A stretch of 64,000 nt of DNA, taken from contig NC_052162.1 in NCBI RefSeq assembly GCF_902713615.1, forward strand, positions 53,629,990-53,693,989, given 5' to 3'. How positions within the stretch are numbered: the first letter of the stretch is position 1; each line of letters begins with the position of its first letter. Made by a program: the position numbers and the translations under genes. The notes under the pieces are model-generated. The model was not told the origin of the DNA and did not search any database. It was given only the letters and a program-made list of their open reading frames with translations. Below are positions 24,029 to 36,664 of the stretch, piece after piece. This DNA is from Scyliorhinus canicula. Lineage: Eukaryota.

Positions 24029-24675
24029 ATTCATTTGAAGATACTGGTGAGAAATGGCCCTTCAGTCAACGGAGGGCATCACGTTCACATGAGAACCTTG
24101 CAACAACAGTTCGTTTGGAACCAACAAAAGGATCTGTGAAAGAAGCAGAGAGCACGATGCAAAGCACAACTTCAATTTCGACGAGCAAATCTCAAGATGT
24201 GTCTCTAGCTACCAGTTCCCAGCATCATCATCACAGCTATCACATGCTCACAAGCCTGAACTGCACTCGATTCGTCACAGGCAGCACTGAAGAACTAACA
24301 AAGAAAACAAAAACAGCAACTAAATTGAGAAGAGTACGCTCAGATCTTTATCCAAAATGTGGAAGTCCTATCTTACATTCATGCACTGCTAAAATGGGCA
24401 GGAACTTTAAAAACCCCAGTGACATTGTCAGCTCTACTGGCAATGAATATTTGAGCAAAAAACTAACTATTGAATCTAGTTTCACTCCTCAGGCATCGCA
24501 GGGGAGTGAGGTACTACAAAATGATGCAAGTAAGGAGGGAATAGAAGCTAAAGTGTGGGTGAAAAGGGATAATGGAGCTGGTTCTCCAACCAAAACACAG
24601 GGACAACAGCAACTTCACCGTTACCACTTCAGAAGTGATCAGAAAAAAGATTCTCTTCGCGAAACTGCTGTATGA
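24029..24675 (+). CDS. Terminal coding exon of the ARHGAP6/36-like gene, ending in class I PDZ-binding motif ETAV*
   Basis: Pyrimidine tract plus tattttAG (24027-24028). Phase-1 junction gives G|AT=D, then SFEDTGEKWPFSQRRASRSHENLATT..., open and in frame with ORF 24115..24675. Ends DSLRETAV-TGA (human ARHGAP6 recalled ending ETLV). Ser/Thr-rich and non-repetitive. Confidence 0.78.
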
Positions 24676-25760
24676 CTTTAGAAATTTCCCATCACTGAAC
24701 ACTTCCAAAAGGAAGTTGTTTCATCATTTTTGGGAACATTTTTGAGCTCATATTTCAAATTAGCTGTTATGCATATTACACATCTAGAAACTGTAGGACT
24801 TGCCTGTGTTATCTAATCTCCAATTTGGCTATTATGTGCCCTTAACAAAAAAAAGTGCTACAGAATCCCTGCTGGAAGATTTGTTTAATTGTTACTTCCT
24901 GCTTCCATTGGCAGTTGTCTCTGTGCAGAAGTTTAGCTTTAGCAAAACTGAAATTGTTATATTTTTATGCATGTATACTTTATTTAAAAGATGTAAAACT
25001 CTTTCTCAGTCTATCTTGTCATCTTGTAATAGTATCTTGAACTGTTAACACTTAAAGGAATGTCCAAACCCTTTGGGATTGTAGGAATGAGAACATTTAG
25101 ACCAAGGAAAGGCATTTTGAACCTTGAACCCCACTCTTTCCACACACTCTGTACAATCTGTTCCATCATGGACTCCACCCAATTTATTTAATCCAACCTC
25201 TTGAGGATAAGTTGTGCAAACATTTCTCCTCAACTCGCTGAGTAAACTGGTAAAGCTACAGAGTTCTGATTTACTTTGAACTATTGCAATGGATTCAAGA
25301 ACATTTCAACAAAACAAATCTCTCCATGTATTGGTTAGTCTATACAATTTTGTTTGTGTTTGTAGGCTGGTTCATAATAAGGGAATATTGGGCTAAGACA
25401 CTGCCTTTCATCTGCGTGCAATGCGTTTGAATCCTGTACAATAATTATGGTATGAGAGTCTTCTCTTTGGTTAATCTGAAAGTTCTACACTGAATGGTCT
25501 GAGGCAGATTTCAGGCTAGTTACGACTGGGTGCAGGTCCATAGACAGCCCACAGTTTGGCACTAACTTGACTCAGTATGAAAGCACCGGTATGTGAAATG
25601 GAAATATAGGCTGGGGATAATTGATACTTGCAATGCCTTAGCATTAATATCCCTCACCTTGGTGAGAACAGAATGTCAACTAAATATACAATACATCCAA
25701 GTGTTTATTTTACAAATAGCTGAAAAAAAAGCCACACAAATAGCTGAAAATAAATCCATC
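24676..25760 (+). other. Probable 3' UTR of the RhoGAP gene; candidate polyadenylation signal AATAAA at 25749-25754
   Basis: AT-rich and apparently repeat-free sequence after the stop; the true end cannot be fixed without transcripts (another AATAAA at 26325-26330). Confidence 0.4.
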
Positions 25761-26223
25761 CCAGAGGCTATGTCCTGGACATCCCTCCAAATGTAGGATA
25801 TTCAGTTGTATTATCAAGACCAATGATCCCCTTTTGGATCAAAATAAGTGTTATTTACACTCAGATCACATTTACTTGTTACCTGTGATTGTAACCCTTT
25901 AGTCCAGTGCACTTTAGCATCAGACACATGGTTGCTTCTTTGTTATGTGGGCGGTGATTCTCAGAGTTTCTACTCTTTTCAATCTTGGCATGGTACCAAT
26001 GGTTTGTATATGTATTCCACAGTGGTGAATTAATCAGCATTGAACTTAAAATAAGAAATTGACTGTGTCCATTGGTAGTTGAGCCCCTAGGTTAGGAGGA
26101 AGAAAAATCAATTGGCGTTCTCTATCCTGATTGTTATCCTGGTCATCATGGTGGGAAATTGGGTAAGAGCATCATCAGACTTGACTTCCATACAAAACTA
26201 CTGGAACAATTTTAATGAGTGCA

Positions 26224-27445
26224 GGGTTAATTTAATGTCCTGCTTCAAGCTGAGTTTAGTGGTGATGGAGGTTTAATCGGTGAGGACCCCAACCGCCCTC
26301 ACCCCCGCCTTCTCACCTCTCCCTAATAAAGTTCAGAGCAAGCAGGCTCATGACTGGGCTTCCTGCCACACCGCCAATTAAGGCAATTAAATGGGTAATT
26401 AATACCGTCACTGGTATTCACAACAAATGATTGATTGATTGATATTTATTGTCACATGTAACAAAGAACAGTGAAAAGTATTTTTCTGCGGCCAAGGGAA
26501 TGTACGCAGTATGTACATAGCAGACAAAAGAATAATCAACAGAGTACATTGACAATGGTACATCAACAAATAGTGATTGATTACAGTGTGAAACAAGGGC
26601 CAAACAAGAACAGCATAGGACACTGTGAATAGCGTTCTTACAGGGAACAGATCAGTCCAAGGCAGAGTCGTTGAGGAGTCTGGTAGCTGTGGGGAAGAAG
26701 CTGTTACTATGTCTGGATTTGCGGGTCTTCAGACTTCTGTATCTTCTGCCTGATGGAAGGGTGTGGAAGAGGGAAAAGCCTGGGTGTGAGGGGTCTCTGA
26801 CAATGCTGTTTGCCTTTCTGAGGCGGCGGGAGGTGTATACAGAATCAATGGGAGGATGGCAAGCTTGTGTGATGCGTTGAGCTGAGTTCACCACACTGTA
26901 GTTTCTTGTGATCTTGAGCCGAGCAGCTGCCATATCAAACTGTAATGCAGCCGGATAGGATGCTCTCTATAGCAAGTGGTAGATGCAGGACTTGCCATGC
27001 AAGAAGCCTGATAAATAAACACTGTCAGGATTGCTTGCCGGATTCCTCATTGTCCGATTGAGGGACCCACCATTGGGAAGGGGAAGGTTGAGGCTGACCC
27101 CCCTCCCCCCGGTCCCTCGCCTGTGATCGCCATCCTACCATAACTCACCTGTAATCTGGGTTCCTGGATGATCCTGGGCATCGGATGGGTGCATTGCTAG
27201 AAGCAGCTATTGCTTTCCCAGGAGTGCTGCTGACCAATGTACAGCAGCCGGCCTCTGATTGGTCAGCAGCTCTCAAGGCGAATTCCTGCCCCTGAAGGAC
27301 CTTCTTTCAAGGGAAGGACTGGCTCTGCCCAGTTAACTGCCTGATTGCCACTTAATTTGGCAGGCCTTCCTGAAAGAAGGTGACAGGACCCCCAACTGGC
27401 TCATATAGTCAGCAGGTGAGACTCCCATACCTCCATTAAATACCT
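26224..27445. mobile_element. Old TIR-bearing non-autonomous DNA element interrupted by a Rex1/Babar LINE; related pieces at ~4413-4680 and ~59280-59650
   Basis: Degenerate inverted ends GGGTTAATTTAATG / CATTAAATACCTC; shared AATTAAGGC/CACTTAATT-type core motifs. Confidence 0.4.
26428..26972 (-). mobile_element. Rex1/Babar-clade LINE 3' fragment
   Basis: ORF 26652..26933: DPSHPGFSLFHTLPSGRRYRSLKTRKSRHSNSFFPTATRLLN (characteristic C-terminus); AATAAA followed by a (CAAT)n tail on the minus strand. Confidence 0.85.
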
Positions 27446-27449
27446 CATA

Positions 27450-28013
27450 TGATTGGTTAGGCCACAGCTAGAATATTGTGTGCAGTTCTGAAATCCACAT
27501 TATAGGAGGGATGTGATAGCACTGGAAAGTATGCAGAGGGGATTTACCTGGATGTTGCCTGGGATGGAGAGTTTTAGTTATGAAGAGAGATTGGATAGAC
27601 TGGGGTTGTTTTCCCTGGAGCAGAGGAGACTGAGGGGGGACATGATTGAGATGTATAAGATTATGAAGAGTAGAGATAGAGTAGATAGGAAGAAACTGTT
27701 CTCCTTGTTGGAGGGATTAATGACCTGGAGGCACAATTTGAAGGTAAGGAGCAGGAGGTTTCAAGGGGATGTGAGGAACATCTTTTTCACCCAGAGTGGC
27801 AGTGGGATCTGGGACTCACTCCCTGAAATGGTGGTGGAGGCAGAGACCCTCATAACATTAAAGAAGTATTTAGATCTGTACTTGCGATGCCAAGGCATAC
27901 AATGCTATGGGCCAAGTGCTGGGAAATGGGATTAGAATAGTTAGGTGGTTGAGATTGACCGGTGCAGATGAGATGGCCCGAAGGCCTTTACTGTGCTGTA
28001 GACCTCTATGACT
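27450..28013 (+). mobile_element. CR1-clade LINE 3' fragment
   Basis: ORF 27513..27935: YEERLDRLGLFSLEQRRLRGDMIEMYKIM; tail GGCCCGAAGGCCTTTACTGTGCTGTAGACCTCTATGA. Confidence 0.9.
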
Positions 28014-30240
28014 CGATGACTTTAAGGCTTTCATGCCCCTGCAGGTTTTCATGTTTTGTTGGCCAGTTTGGGACTTGTAAAGTATTAATTTATTAATATT
28101 TGGGTAATTGTGTCAGAACATTTTCCTTTCTCTTGTAGAACCTGAGGCTAGATCCAACCCAATGTTTTGTTTGTGATGATCCTATGTGAAATATTTTATG
28201 TCAGTCTCAACCTAATTGCTTCTGGATAAAAATCAACATTAAAAATGCTCCCTCCTTTGTTCCTAATTAACATTAAATTGTGACATTTCCATTTCCCATG
28301 AGGATGGCAGATACAATTCTGAAACTGAGACTGAGGCATGTGGCATTGATAGACATCTGTAAAATGTACCCTGAGACCGTTCCATATGGGATTTGACCAG
28401 AAATTGGATAGTTGAAAAGGCAACTTTCTGCTGCATCTAACATAAATTTGACCTGTGTTGAGGAACTGTGCACTTTAGCCTACTTTATAAATGTGCAAAG
28501 GTATTTGCAGACAATGATGTAGAGCAAATGTGCCCTCTATCTGATCTGGGTTATTAACATCCCTAATAACCATCCGAGATTAATTTCTCAAATTGCAATC
28601 GTGACCAATTCACCAGTACTAATATCAGTCACCTTGATAAGTATAAAAAATATCAGCAAATAATCCACATTTAGAAGTAGCCATTTTTGTATTGATTGTC
28701 AATATTTTCAATCTATTAATCAGGTCTGTGACAAAATCTTGACGGCTAATGTATTATTGAGTTTTCCCGGTTTCATGATACAAAACATTACGGGACAAAT
28801 GATGTCATGTTGAGGATGATGTACAGTAGCTTTCCTGAAGAAGTTTTCCTGATGACTTAGTGAGCAAACACTCCCTTGTGAAGAGTTACTGAATCATGTA
28901 CTTAATTTGCACTCAACGTGTAGATAGAATCAACAACACTAGAGAGACGGGGTGCTACAATTGGCTTTGGCACCCTTTGGTGGAATATGCACATGTGTCA
29001 AAGTCAGATGAAGACAGAACTAGACGCATCTGTACCATCGTCCATATTCAAACAGTAACTATCCAGCTTATGTTTGAGAAAAGACTACTTAGCTGAGATA
29101 TTGGAGGACTTGAAGAGGTTGTACAACTTGCCTACTCTGAGAGTTAATATCTTCAGTGGATAAAATGATAACCTCCAAACATCTTTGCCACCCATTGGGG
29201 TCCATTATGTAGATGTTGTAATGTAATAGCTTAAATGTATTCCTCTCATCTGGCAGAGGCAGCAATGGTCACTTCTTGTATGCTGATTAACCGAGCAGTT
29301 GCTATTGTGTCCTACTGCAGCATGATTGAACTAAAACAACTATGAATAAAATTAATAAACCAATTCAGACAGAGAATAATGTGATTTCCTATTCCTTGCC
29401 TGACATTTTAGTTATTCCATGGAACTTGCCCCATTTGTAATGGATGCCAGTCACTGAACTGGACTCTGCAAGTAGAGCTTGGTTAAACCTTTTTTGGTGT
29501 AGAAACACATTGAAAGGCATGGCCAGGATGATCAAATTCATATTCAATCCTCATTACAGGTATCTTGGGGCAGGGTTCTCCGTTTGCTGAATGGCAAAAT
29601 CGCGAAATGTGATTGGGCGGAGAATAGTTTCCGATGCCGAAATTGCGGGAGGCACCGGTTTGACACCAAATCGGGATGCTCCGGCACCTCGAAAATGGCG
29701 TAAAATGTGGTTCTTGCAGTACAGTAGGCATATCATTAGCGGGCCTGACACCTTCTGCTCCGGGCCTCCGCGATTCACCGCCTCCGATGGGTCAAATTCT
29801 TGGTGCCCTGGCTGCTGAGCGAGAGAGAGGAGGTAGGAAATGGCATGGAGTGACTGCAGGCTGCTGGCCCGGACACCGGTCATGCTGGCCATGGGGGGGG
29901 GCCAAGCAGCCATGGTGCCCCCCCCCCCCACGGGACTGGGGCAATGCTGAGGCACCAACCACCATCTTGCTGATCACCCACTAACCAGCCACCCACTGTG
30001 TTATACACAGTGGCACCAGCCTTTTACGCCAAAGGCAGACCCCAGTGAGGGCGGTGCCTGCCAATGGTACTCCTGGCAGCAGGGACTGGTACCAGGACTA
30101 GGGGCACCAACGGGGCCGGATCCCAATGGGGCAGTGGTGCAGTGTTGGGTGGGTGGGAGGGCGGCGGCATGCATGGGCGGGGCCCGCAGTGCCAACCAGG
30201 GCCACCATGTAGCCCATGGAACCTGGACGGGGACGGGAGT

Positions 30241-30591
30241 ATTTAGAATTTAGAATTTAGAACAGTACAGCACAGAACAGGCCCTTCAGCCCTCGATGTT
30301 GTGCCGAGCAATGATCACCCTACTCAAACTCACGTATCCACCCTATACCCGTAACCCAACAACTCCCCCTTAACCTTACTTTTTAGGACACTATGGGCAA
30401 TTTAGCATGGCCAATCCACCTAACCCCGCACATCTTTGGACTGTGGGAGGAAACCGGAGCACCCGGAGGAAACCCACGCACACACGGGGAGGACGTGCAG
30501 ACTCCGCACAGACAGTGACCCAGCCGGGAACCGAGCCTGGGACCCTGGAGCTGTGAAGCATTGATGCTAACCACTATGCTACCATGCTGCC
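30241..30591 (-). mobile_element. HE1-like V-SINE (tail A) nested in the Harbinger element
   Basis: Near-identical reverse complement of 11804-12143. Confidence 0.92.
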
Positions 30592-30859
30592 ATGTTAACG
30601 TGCTAACATGTTGGCCTTTCACCCCCTGCAGAGAATGGCATTCGGACACCAACCCGCGATGCAGGCCGCGGTGGTGATGGCTCCCTGCGAGATGCCCTGC
30701 GGCTGCGTGAGCGGGGTCGGCTCAGAGAGGAGGAGGAATCTGCAGAAGAGGAGCGGGCTGCAAAGGACCAGGCTGCAGAGGAACAGGCTATTGAGGGGCA
30801 GGTGGCGGCTTCACAGATAGCAGGGCCAGCCACCAAACAGGCCGAGGAGGTGCCAAGGA

Positions 30860-31236
30860 GGGTGAGGGGGCTGAGGGGGGTGATGGGCTGAGGGGGGCTG
30901 AGGGGGCGTGAGTGGCTGAGGGGGGTGCAGAGGCTAAGGGGGCTGAGGGGGTGCGGGGGCTGAGGAGGAGTGAGGGGGAGTGGGGGGGGTGTCCACACAC
31001 GTTTCATGGGGATCCGCAACTAAGCCTGACGCCGACCTCCCCCTCAGTGGAGGGGGGGTGAGGGGCTGAGGGTGGGTGAGGGGGCTGAGGGGCGTGAGAG
31101 GCTCAGGGGGCTGAGGGGGGGATGATGGGCGTGCGTTGGCTGAGGGGGGTAAGACAGAGTGCGGGGGTTGAGTGGGGAGGTGAGGGGGGTGTGGGGTGGT
31201 GTCCACACACGTGTCATGGGTATCCGCAACTAAGCA
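30860..31236 (+). repeat. G-rich GGGGCTGAGGGG-type tandem array, duplicated as two ~210-bp blocks
   Basis: Both blocks end in GTGTCCACACACGT(T/G)TCATGGG(G/T)ATCCGCAACTAAGC (~30989-31025 and ~31199-31235). Confidence 0.85.
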
Positions 31237-31249
31237 GTGTCTGACTTGC

Positions 31250-31828
31250 TCGCCTGCCGCCGACCTCCATTTCCTCCGGGCCGCCGACCACTTTCAGTGC
31301 CCTCTGCTCAGGCGTGGTGGGGGGCTGCTGGTTTGGTGGGCCCTTCTGGTCTTCACCCACTCTTGGCGGTTGTGCGCAGCCTTCTCCTTGGGGGGTGGGG
31401 GTGGCAAACACAAACAAAGACACCGTTAGACATTCTGATGCATGCAGTCCAGGGGTTGGGTGGATGATGGCATCAATGGCCAGGGCACCCGGCTAATGCG
31501 GCTAGCGTGGACGCTGGCATGTGGGCTGGGTGGGGGTTCGGCTGCCCCCGGGGAGTGAGGGGCTGGGTTATAGGGGCACAGCACTGCCTACTCACCCTTG
31601 CCGCCCTGAGGAGGTTGTGCAGTTTCTTCCGGCACTGCGTGCCAGTCCGGACGATGTTGCCCATGGCACTGACCGCGTCTGTCACCTATGCCCAGGCATG
31701 GTGAACGGTGGCGCCTGGTGGCCTGCCTCCCGGGCCGGGTAAAGGGTCATCCGCCTCTTCTCCGCAGCGTACAGGAGGGTGTCCAGCTCAGCTTCCCTGA
31801 ACCATGGCCCTGCTCTCCTTCCAGCCAT
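31250..31828 (-). pseudogene. Harbinger Myb/SANT-like DNA-binding protein remnant; exon 1 31828-31596, exon 2 from 31386
   Basis: MAGRRAGPWFREAELDTLL...AW..VTDAVSAMGNIVRTGTQCRKKLHNLLRAAR|GTGAGT donor; exon 2 starts EKAAHNRQE; frameshift and stop present. Confidence 0.8.
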
Positions 31829-32873
31829 CTTATTGGCTGGGACGGTGTGTGTGGGGGGAGGGATCGTTTAAGTGCGGCTGCGGCGTGTGAGCCTCATGTG
31901 TGGCAATCACAGACCCGGCGAATCCAGCACCATTTTGCATGAAACCGGTTTTGTTCCACGTGGCGATGGTGCTGGCCCATTTAGATTTGCTGGATCGGTG
32001 CAGCTTTACGCTGTTTTTCCTGTCGTAAAATGCCACTGTTCCCACGCCAGCGTCAGCACTTAGTCCCAGAAACGGAGAATCCAGCCCAATGTGCCTGCAG
32101 AATCAACAGTCTCGGGAGGTATTGCTACAACTTACAAGGTTTATTTCAACAGTGGCTACCTCTTTTGCAAACTCTAGCAGTGCTGTGGGAGCACTATCAG
32201 TTACACATTTCGTCCAAATCACAAACCATTTTGATATATATCAATATTCACTTCATTGCATCCTCTATCCCTGAAATCTGACTAACACCATCAATAGAAT
32301 GACTTCACTGATTCAAGAGAAGATCTACAGACATCTTTTCAAGACCACAGGGACAGATAATTAAAAGCACCAAAATCCAAGACAAAATCAAAAGAAATGA
32401 GAGATTTGTAAAGGACAGGTACAATTCTGCCCACAATGTCATTTGTTTGAGAAAAGCAAGTTGCATTTATTTTTCTTGGGTGTTTTCGCTGTGGTATAAC
32501 TGCACACTTGTGAAGCACAAAATTTACAGGGTGCAATTCTTCGTTGGTCGCCTCTAAAATCAGGAAAGGCAATTGGGCGGAGAATCGGTTTCGACGTCAA
32601 AATCGCGGCAGGCACCGCTTTTATGTCAAATTGCGATTCTCCGATGCCTCGACAGCGGTCTCAGTGCATTCCACTCCACACGCACAGTAAGCACAGTTTG
32701 CATATCATTAGCGGGCCTGGCCCGGTATTTTCCGGGGTGTCCGCAATCCTCCCCCTCCACTGTGGCTGTTGAGGAAGAGAGAGAGGACACGCAGAGGCGC
32801 GACCATGGGCTGCCGATCCTGATGCTGGCCGGGCAGGCTCAGGGACTGGGGTGGCCTGCTAGGGCGGAGGGAA

Positions 32874-32906
<33 letters not shown>

Positions 32907-33410
32907 GACGAGGAGTGACAAGGGGATTGGGGGGCGCAGCATGAGCCCACACAAGACTGGCGTGGTGTCCAGGCATGGACTGCCATTGCCGCACCTGCAA
33001 GGCAGCCATCTTGCTGCGCACCCCACTGACCACCCACCGTGGCCCGTGGTTCTGCAGACTGCTACCGGTTGTATGGGTCCCCATCTACCCGCACCACCAC
33101 CCCCACACACCACCCACTACACACTCTCTCATACCATCCCCCCCAAAAAGACGCCACCTGCCAGTGTGGCAACACGCAGCCCACGCAACGGCAACACCCA
33201 AAGTAATCCCTACAGCTGAATGCTCGTCAACAACCCCTCATGTAGTCCCTGGGTCTGTGACTGCATCTTTACAATCGATGGAACCATCTGTTCCAGAAGC
33301 CCAAAACCAGTCTGGACGGCAGCTAGTCCCCGGGACGTCCCACCATCCGACCCAACCGCCCCCTCCGGAGTTCCTAACTCCACTTGTTGTACCGGAGAAT
33401 GTATGAGGTG

Positions 33411-33808
33411 TGATGTGTTGGGTAAGCTGGGTCTATGTGGACTGTGTTTGAGGCAGTGTAGAGAGAGACAGGCTTCCAACACTTGATGAGATGCAACACA
33501 ATTTTATTTAACATCTAACTATATTACATGCCTACCTGTGGGTTGACACTATGCTAATTTGACTGGAGACCTGAGGCTAACCTGACCAGACTAACTGACT
33601 ACCACATGGTGTTTGTACTAGCTGCTGCTTACGAGCTCTGACTGTCTCAGAGGCTGGATCCCGAGAGAGCGGGAAAACTGGTGCCCTCTGGCTTTATAGT
33701 GGTCGTGTCTGGTGATTGGCTGCTGTGTTCTGTGTGCTCACTGATCATCCTATGTGTCAATCACTGCCTGACTGCACTCCATCATATACATGGATGTATA
33801 TTATGACA
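33411..33808 (-). mobile_element. Solo LTR (~398 bp)
   Basis: Minus strand TGTCATA...CACATCA with CCAAT, TATAAAG and AATAAA in promoter-to-polyA order; flanks AGGTG / TGGTG (TSD with one mismatch). Confidence 0.75.
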
Positions 33809-34054
33809 TGGTGCACATCAGATACTGTTACAGGAGCCTCTTCATTCAAGTGCCCAGCCGAAATGAGTGCCTCTGCGATGGTGGAGGGTGTTGGAGACAC
33901 AGTGACGAGAAATCTGTGTCAACATCGAACGTTGTGGGTGGTCTGGGCTCGCCACCCTCCCCCCCCCCGCCCCTAACCATGCCCACCACTGGCACCACAG
34001 GGATCCGATGACACCAGGTGGATGGTGGAAAGTGCTACCGTGGGCAGGAATCAG

Positions 34055-34708
34055 GGGCGGAATTCTCCGACCCCCGCAGTGTCGGGGAATCGCCCGGGGG
34101 GTAAATCCCGCCCCCATGTGGCCGGAATTCCCCGCCACCCGGGAATCGGCGCGACCCCCGCGGCGATGCTCCGGCCCGTGATGGGCCGAAGTCCTGCAGC
34201 TGACAAGTTTAAACCACCTCTGTGCCGGCGGGATTGGCGGCGTGAGTGGGCCCCCGGGGTCCTGGGGAGGGCGCGGGGCGATCGGACCCCGGGGGGTGCC
34301 CCCACGGTGGTCTGGCCCACGATCGGGGCACACCAATCGGCCGGCGGGCCATTGCCGTGGGGGCACTCTTTTTCTTCCGCCGCCACCACGGCCTCCACCA
34401 TAGCAGAGGCGGAAGAGACCCCCCCTACCGCGCATGCGCCGGTGGCGACATCAGCGGCCGCTGACGCTCCGGCGCTTGCGCGGACTCACACCGGCCGGCG
34501 AAGGCCTTTCGGCCAGCCCTGACGCTGGCCGGCGTAGCGCCAAAGGCCGTTGGCGCCAGTCGGCGGAGCGGGAGCCACTCCGCCGCGGGCCTAGCCCCTA
34601 AAGGTGCGGAGAATTCCGCACCTTTGGGGAGGCCTCATGCCGGAGTGGTTGGCGCCACTCCGCAATGCCGGGACCCTCTGCCCTGCCGGGTAGAGGAGAA
34701 TTTCGCTC
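34055..34708. mobile_element. GC-rich Harbinger-type MITE (654 bp), TSD CAG
   Basis: GGGCGGAATTCTCC / GGAGAATTTCGCTC; CAG at 34052-34054 and 34709-34711; close relative of 18829-19461. Confidence 0.9.
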
Positions 34709-35060
34709 CAGATGTCGCCGTATGATATGGAGCATCAGAGGTCATCGCAGAGTTGTCATCATCCTCCACCCCATGGACCAGACCCGCTGTTACTACCAAC
34801 CCAGGGACCACAGCTCGTAGTTTGGCAATAAACAAAATTGCTTATTGTCACAAGTAGGCTTCAAATGAAGTTACTGTGAAAAGCCCCTAGTCGCCACATA
34901 TCGGCACCTGTTCAGGGAGGCTCTTTTGATTCACAGAATGGGTGCAGACGAGGGGGTGGACAGGAGGGTGCGGCCGGCGGGGGTGGGGTGGGTGGGATGG
35001 GGTGTCCATACCCCTGGTCAGTGTTCCCCCCCCCCCCCCACCCCGTCGGTGAACCTGGAG

Positions 35061-36664
35061 TCAATCAGAGCTTCCCATGCACATTGGACCTGGCGCATAT
35101 GTCATGCTGCCTCCCGCGCCTGTCTTGGCTCCATGTTCTGCCATCTCCACCTCCCCTGTAGCCTCCTCTACAGACAAGGCCTGGTGTTCATCCTCCTCCT
35201 CCAGCACTGTGGGTTGATGTGGAGCAAGCAGCAGGCGGCCACGATGCGGACGACCCACTCGGAATCATATTGGAGGGCCCCTACAGGGCAGTCCAGGCAA
35301 CTGAGCCGCATCTTCAGGAGGCCCAAGCACAGCTTGATCACGTGCATGGGCGAAGTTGTAGAGGGTCTCCGCATTGGTCTGTGGCCTTCGGATAGGTGTC
35401 ATCAGCCACGACCGTAGTGGATAACCCCTATCACCCAGGAGCTAATTTGCCGGGGGGAGAACAGTTCAGGAATCTTCGAGTGTGCCAGGATGAAGGCTTT
35501 GTGCACACTCCCGGGTATCTGGCGCAGGCGTGCATGATGTGCAGCAGATGGTCACATATCAGCTGCACATTCATCGAGTGGAACCCCTTTCGGTTTGTGC
35601 AGAGCACCTACCATCTGCAGGTGCTTGTAGGGGGAGTTACATCCTGTTGATCACCCCCTGGACCTGGGGCATGTTGGCGATGGAGGTGAACCCCACTGCC
35701 CGGGCATCCGGGTGTGCCCATCCACATTGAAGTGGATGTATTGAGCCGACTGGGCATAAAGGGCGTCCGTGATGGTGCAATGCACCTCTGCACCGGGCTC
35801 TGTGAGATACTGGACAGGTCCCCACTCAGTGCCTGGAAGGACCACATGGCATAAAGGTTTAGGGCGACCATAACCTTGACAGCCACCAGGGGCGGGTGTC
35901 CTCCCCCATACCCCAGCAGTGCCAGGTGTGCCATGATCTGGCAAATATGTCGTACTGTCTCCCTGCTCAGCCAGAGCCTTTGACGGCATGCCCGGTCCGG
36001 TAGGTCCTCGAATGATAGGCACTGCCAGTACACATGAGGCCTCATAGAATTTACAGTGCAGAAGGAGGCCATTCAGCCCATCGAGTCTGCACCGGCTCTT
36101 GGAAAGAGCACCCTACCCAAGGTCAACACCTCCACCCTATCCCCATAACCCAGTAACCCCACTCAACACTAAGGGCAATTTTGGACACTAAGGGCAATTT
36201 ATCATGGCCAATCCACCTAACCTGCACATCTTTGTGACTGTGGGAGGAAAGCGGAGCACCCGGAGGAAACCCACGCACACACGGGGAGGATGTGCAGACT
36301 CCGCACAGACAGTGACCCAAGCCGGAATCGAACCTGGGACCCTGGAACTGTGAAGAAATTGTGCTATCCACAATGCTACCGTGCTGCCCCGCGGCACCTC
36401 CTTTGCACCTCCTCCTCCTCGGTCTGTTGGGCGGCGGCTCTCCATCCTTGGTGGCTGCCTTCTGTTCCTCTGGGGCACGCTCCATTGCTGCATGTTCCAT
36501 TGCTGCACGCTCCACTGCTGCATGCCGCGCAGCTGCAGCTTCCTCCTCCTTGTCGAGCAGCTCCAGCTGGTACAGACGCAGGCACACCCCCCCCCCTTCC
36601 CCCTTCCCAGGACTGAGGCGACTAGCAGGAAGGCTACCATTGCTGGTTGAATTCCACTATCCAT
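35061..36664 (-). pseudogene. HARBI1-like DDE transposase remnant, frameshifted and split by a SINE
   Basis: RPHVY..LSFEDLPDRACRQRLWLSRETV; ALNLYA..SFQ..GDLSSISQS; QVQGVI; [16 protein letters not shown]....RIVAACCLLH, all Harbinger/DDE_Tnp_4 hallmarks. Confidence 0.9.
36044..36390 (-). mobile_element. HE1-like V-SINE (tail B) inserted in the transposase
   Basis: Full head, V-domain and tail on the minus strand; interrupts the transposase between CKGGAA and RPHVY. Confidence 0.92.

Larger units (their letters stand above)
29568..32087. mobile_element. Internally deleted PIF/Harbinger transposon: transposase N-terminus (+, from ~30635) and spliced Myb/SANT gene (-) converge on a G-rich junction
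   Basis: TIRs GGGCAGGGTTCTCCGTTT / AAACGGAGAATCCAGCCC; MAFGHQPAM plus an acidic stretch is homologous to MDSGIQPAM of the 36660 transposase; no matching TSD seen. Confidence 0.78.

Noticed and set aside
24115-24675. ETAV C-terminus suggesting DGKZ, DGKI or FZD7
   Set aside because: No ankyrin or Frizzled sequence; the upstream in-phase exons are ARHGAP6-like.
30860-31200. GGGCTGAG repeats as an immunoglobulin switch-like region
   Set aside because: Short, lacks dense AGCT motifs, lies inside a transposon, and no Ig genes are nearby.
32875-32906. Long poly-G run (shorter G or C runs at ~1269 and ~52690)
   Set aside because: Homopolymers inside repeats; length is unreliable in assemblies and no function is supported.
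35061-36664. Domesticated host HARBI1 gene
   Set aside because: Frameshifted, interrupted by a SINE and bounded by TIRs and a TSD.
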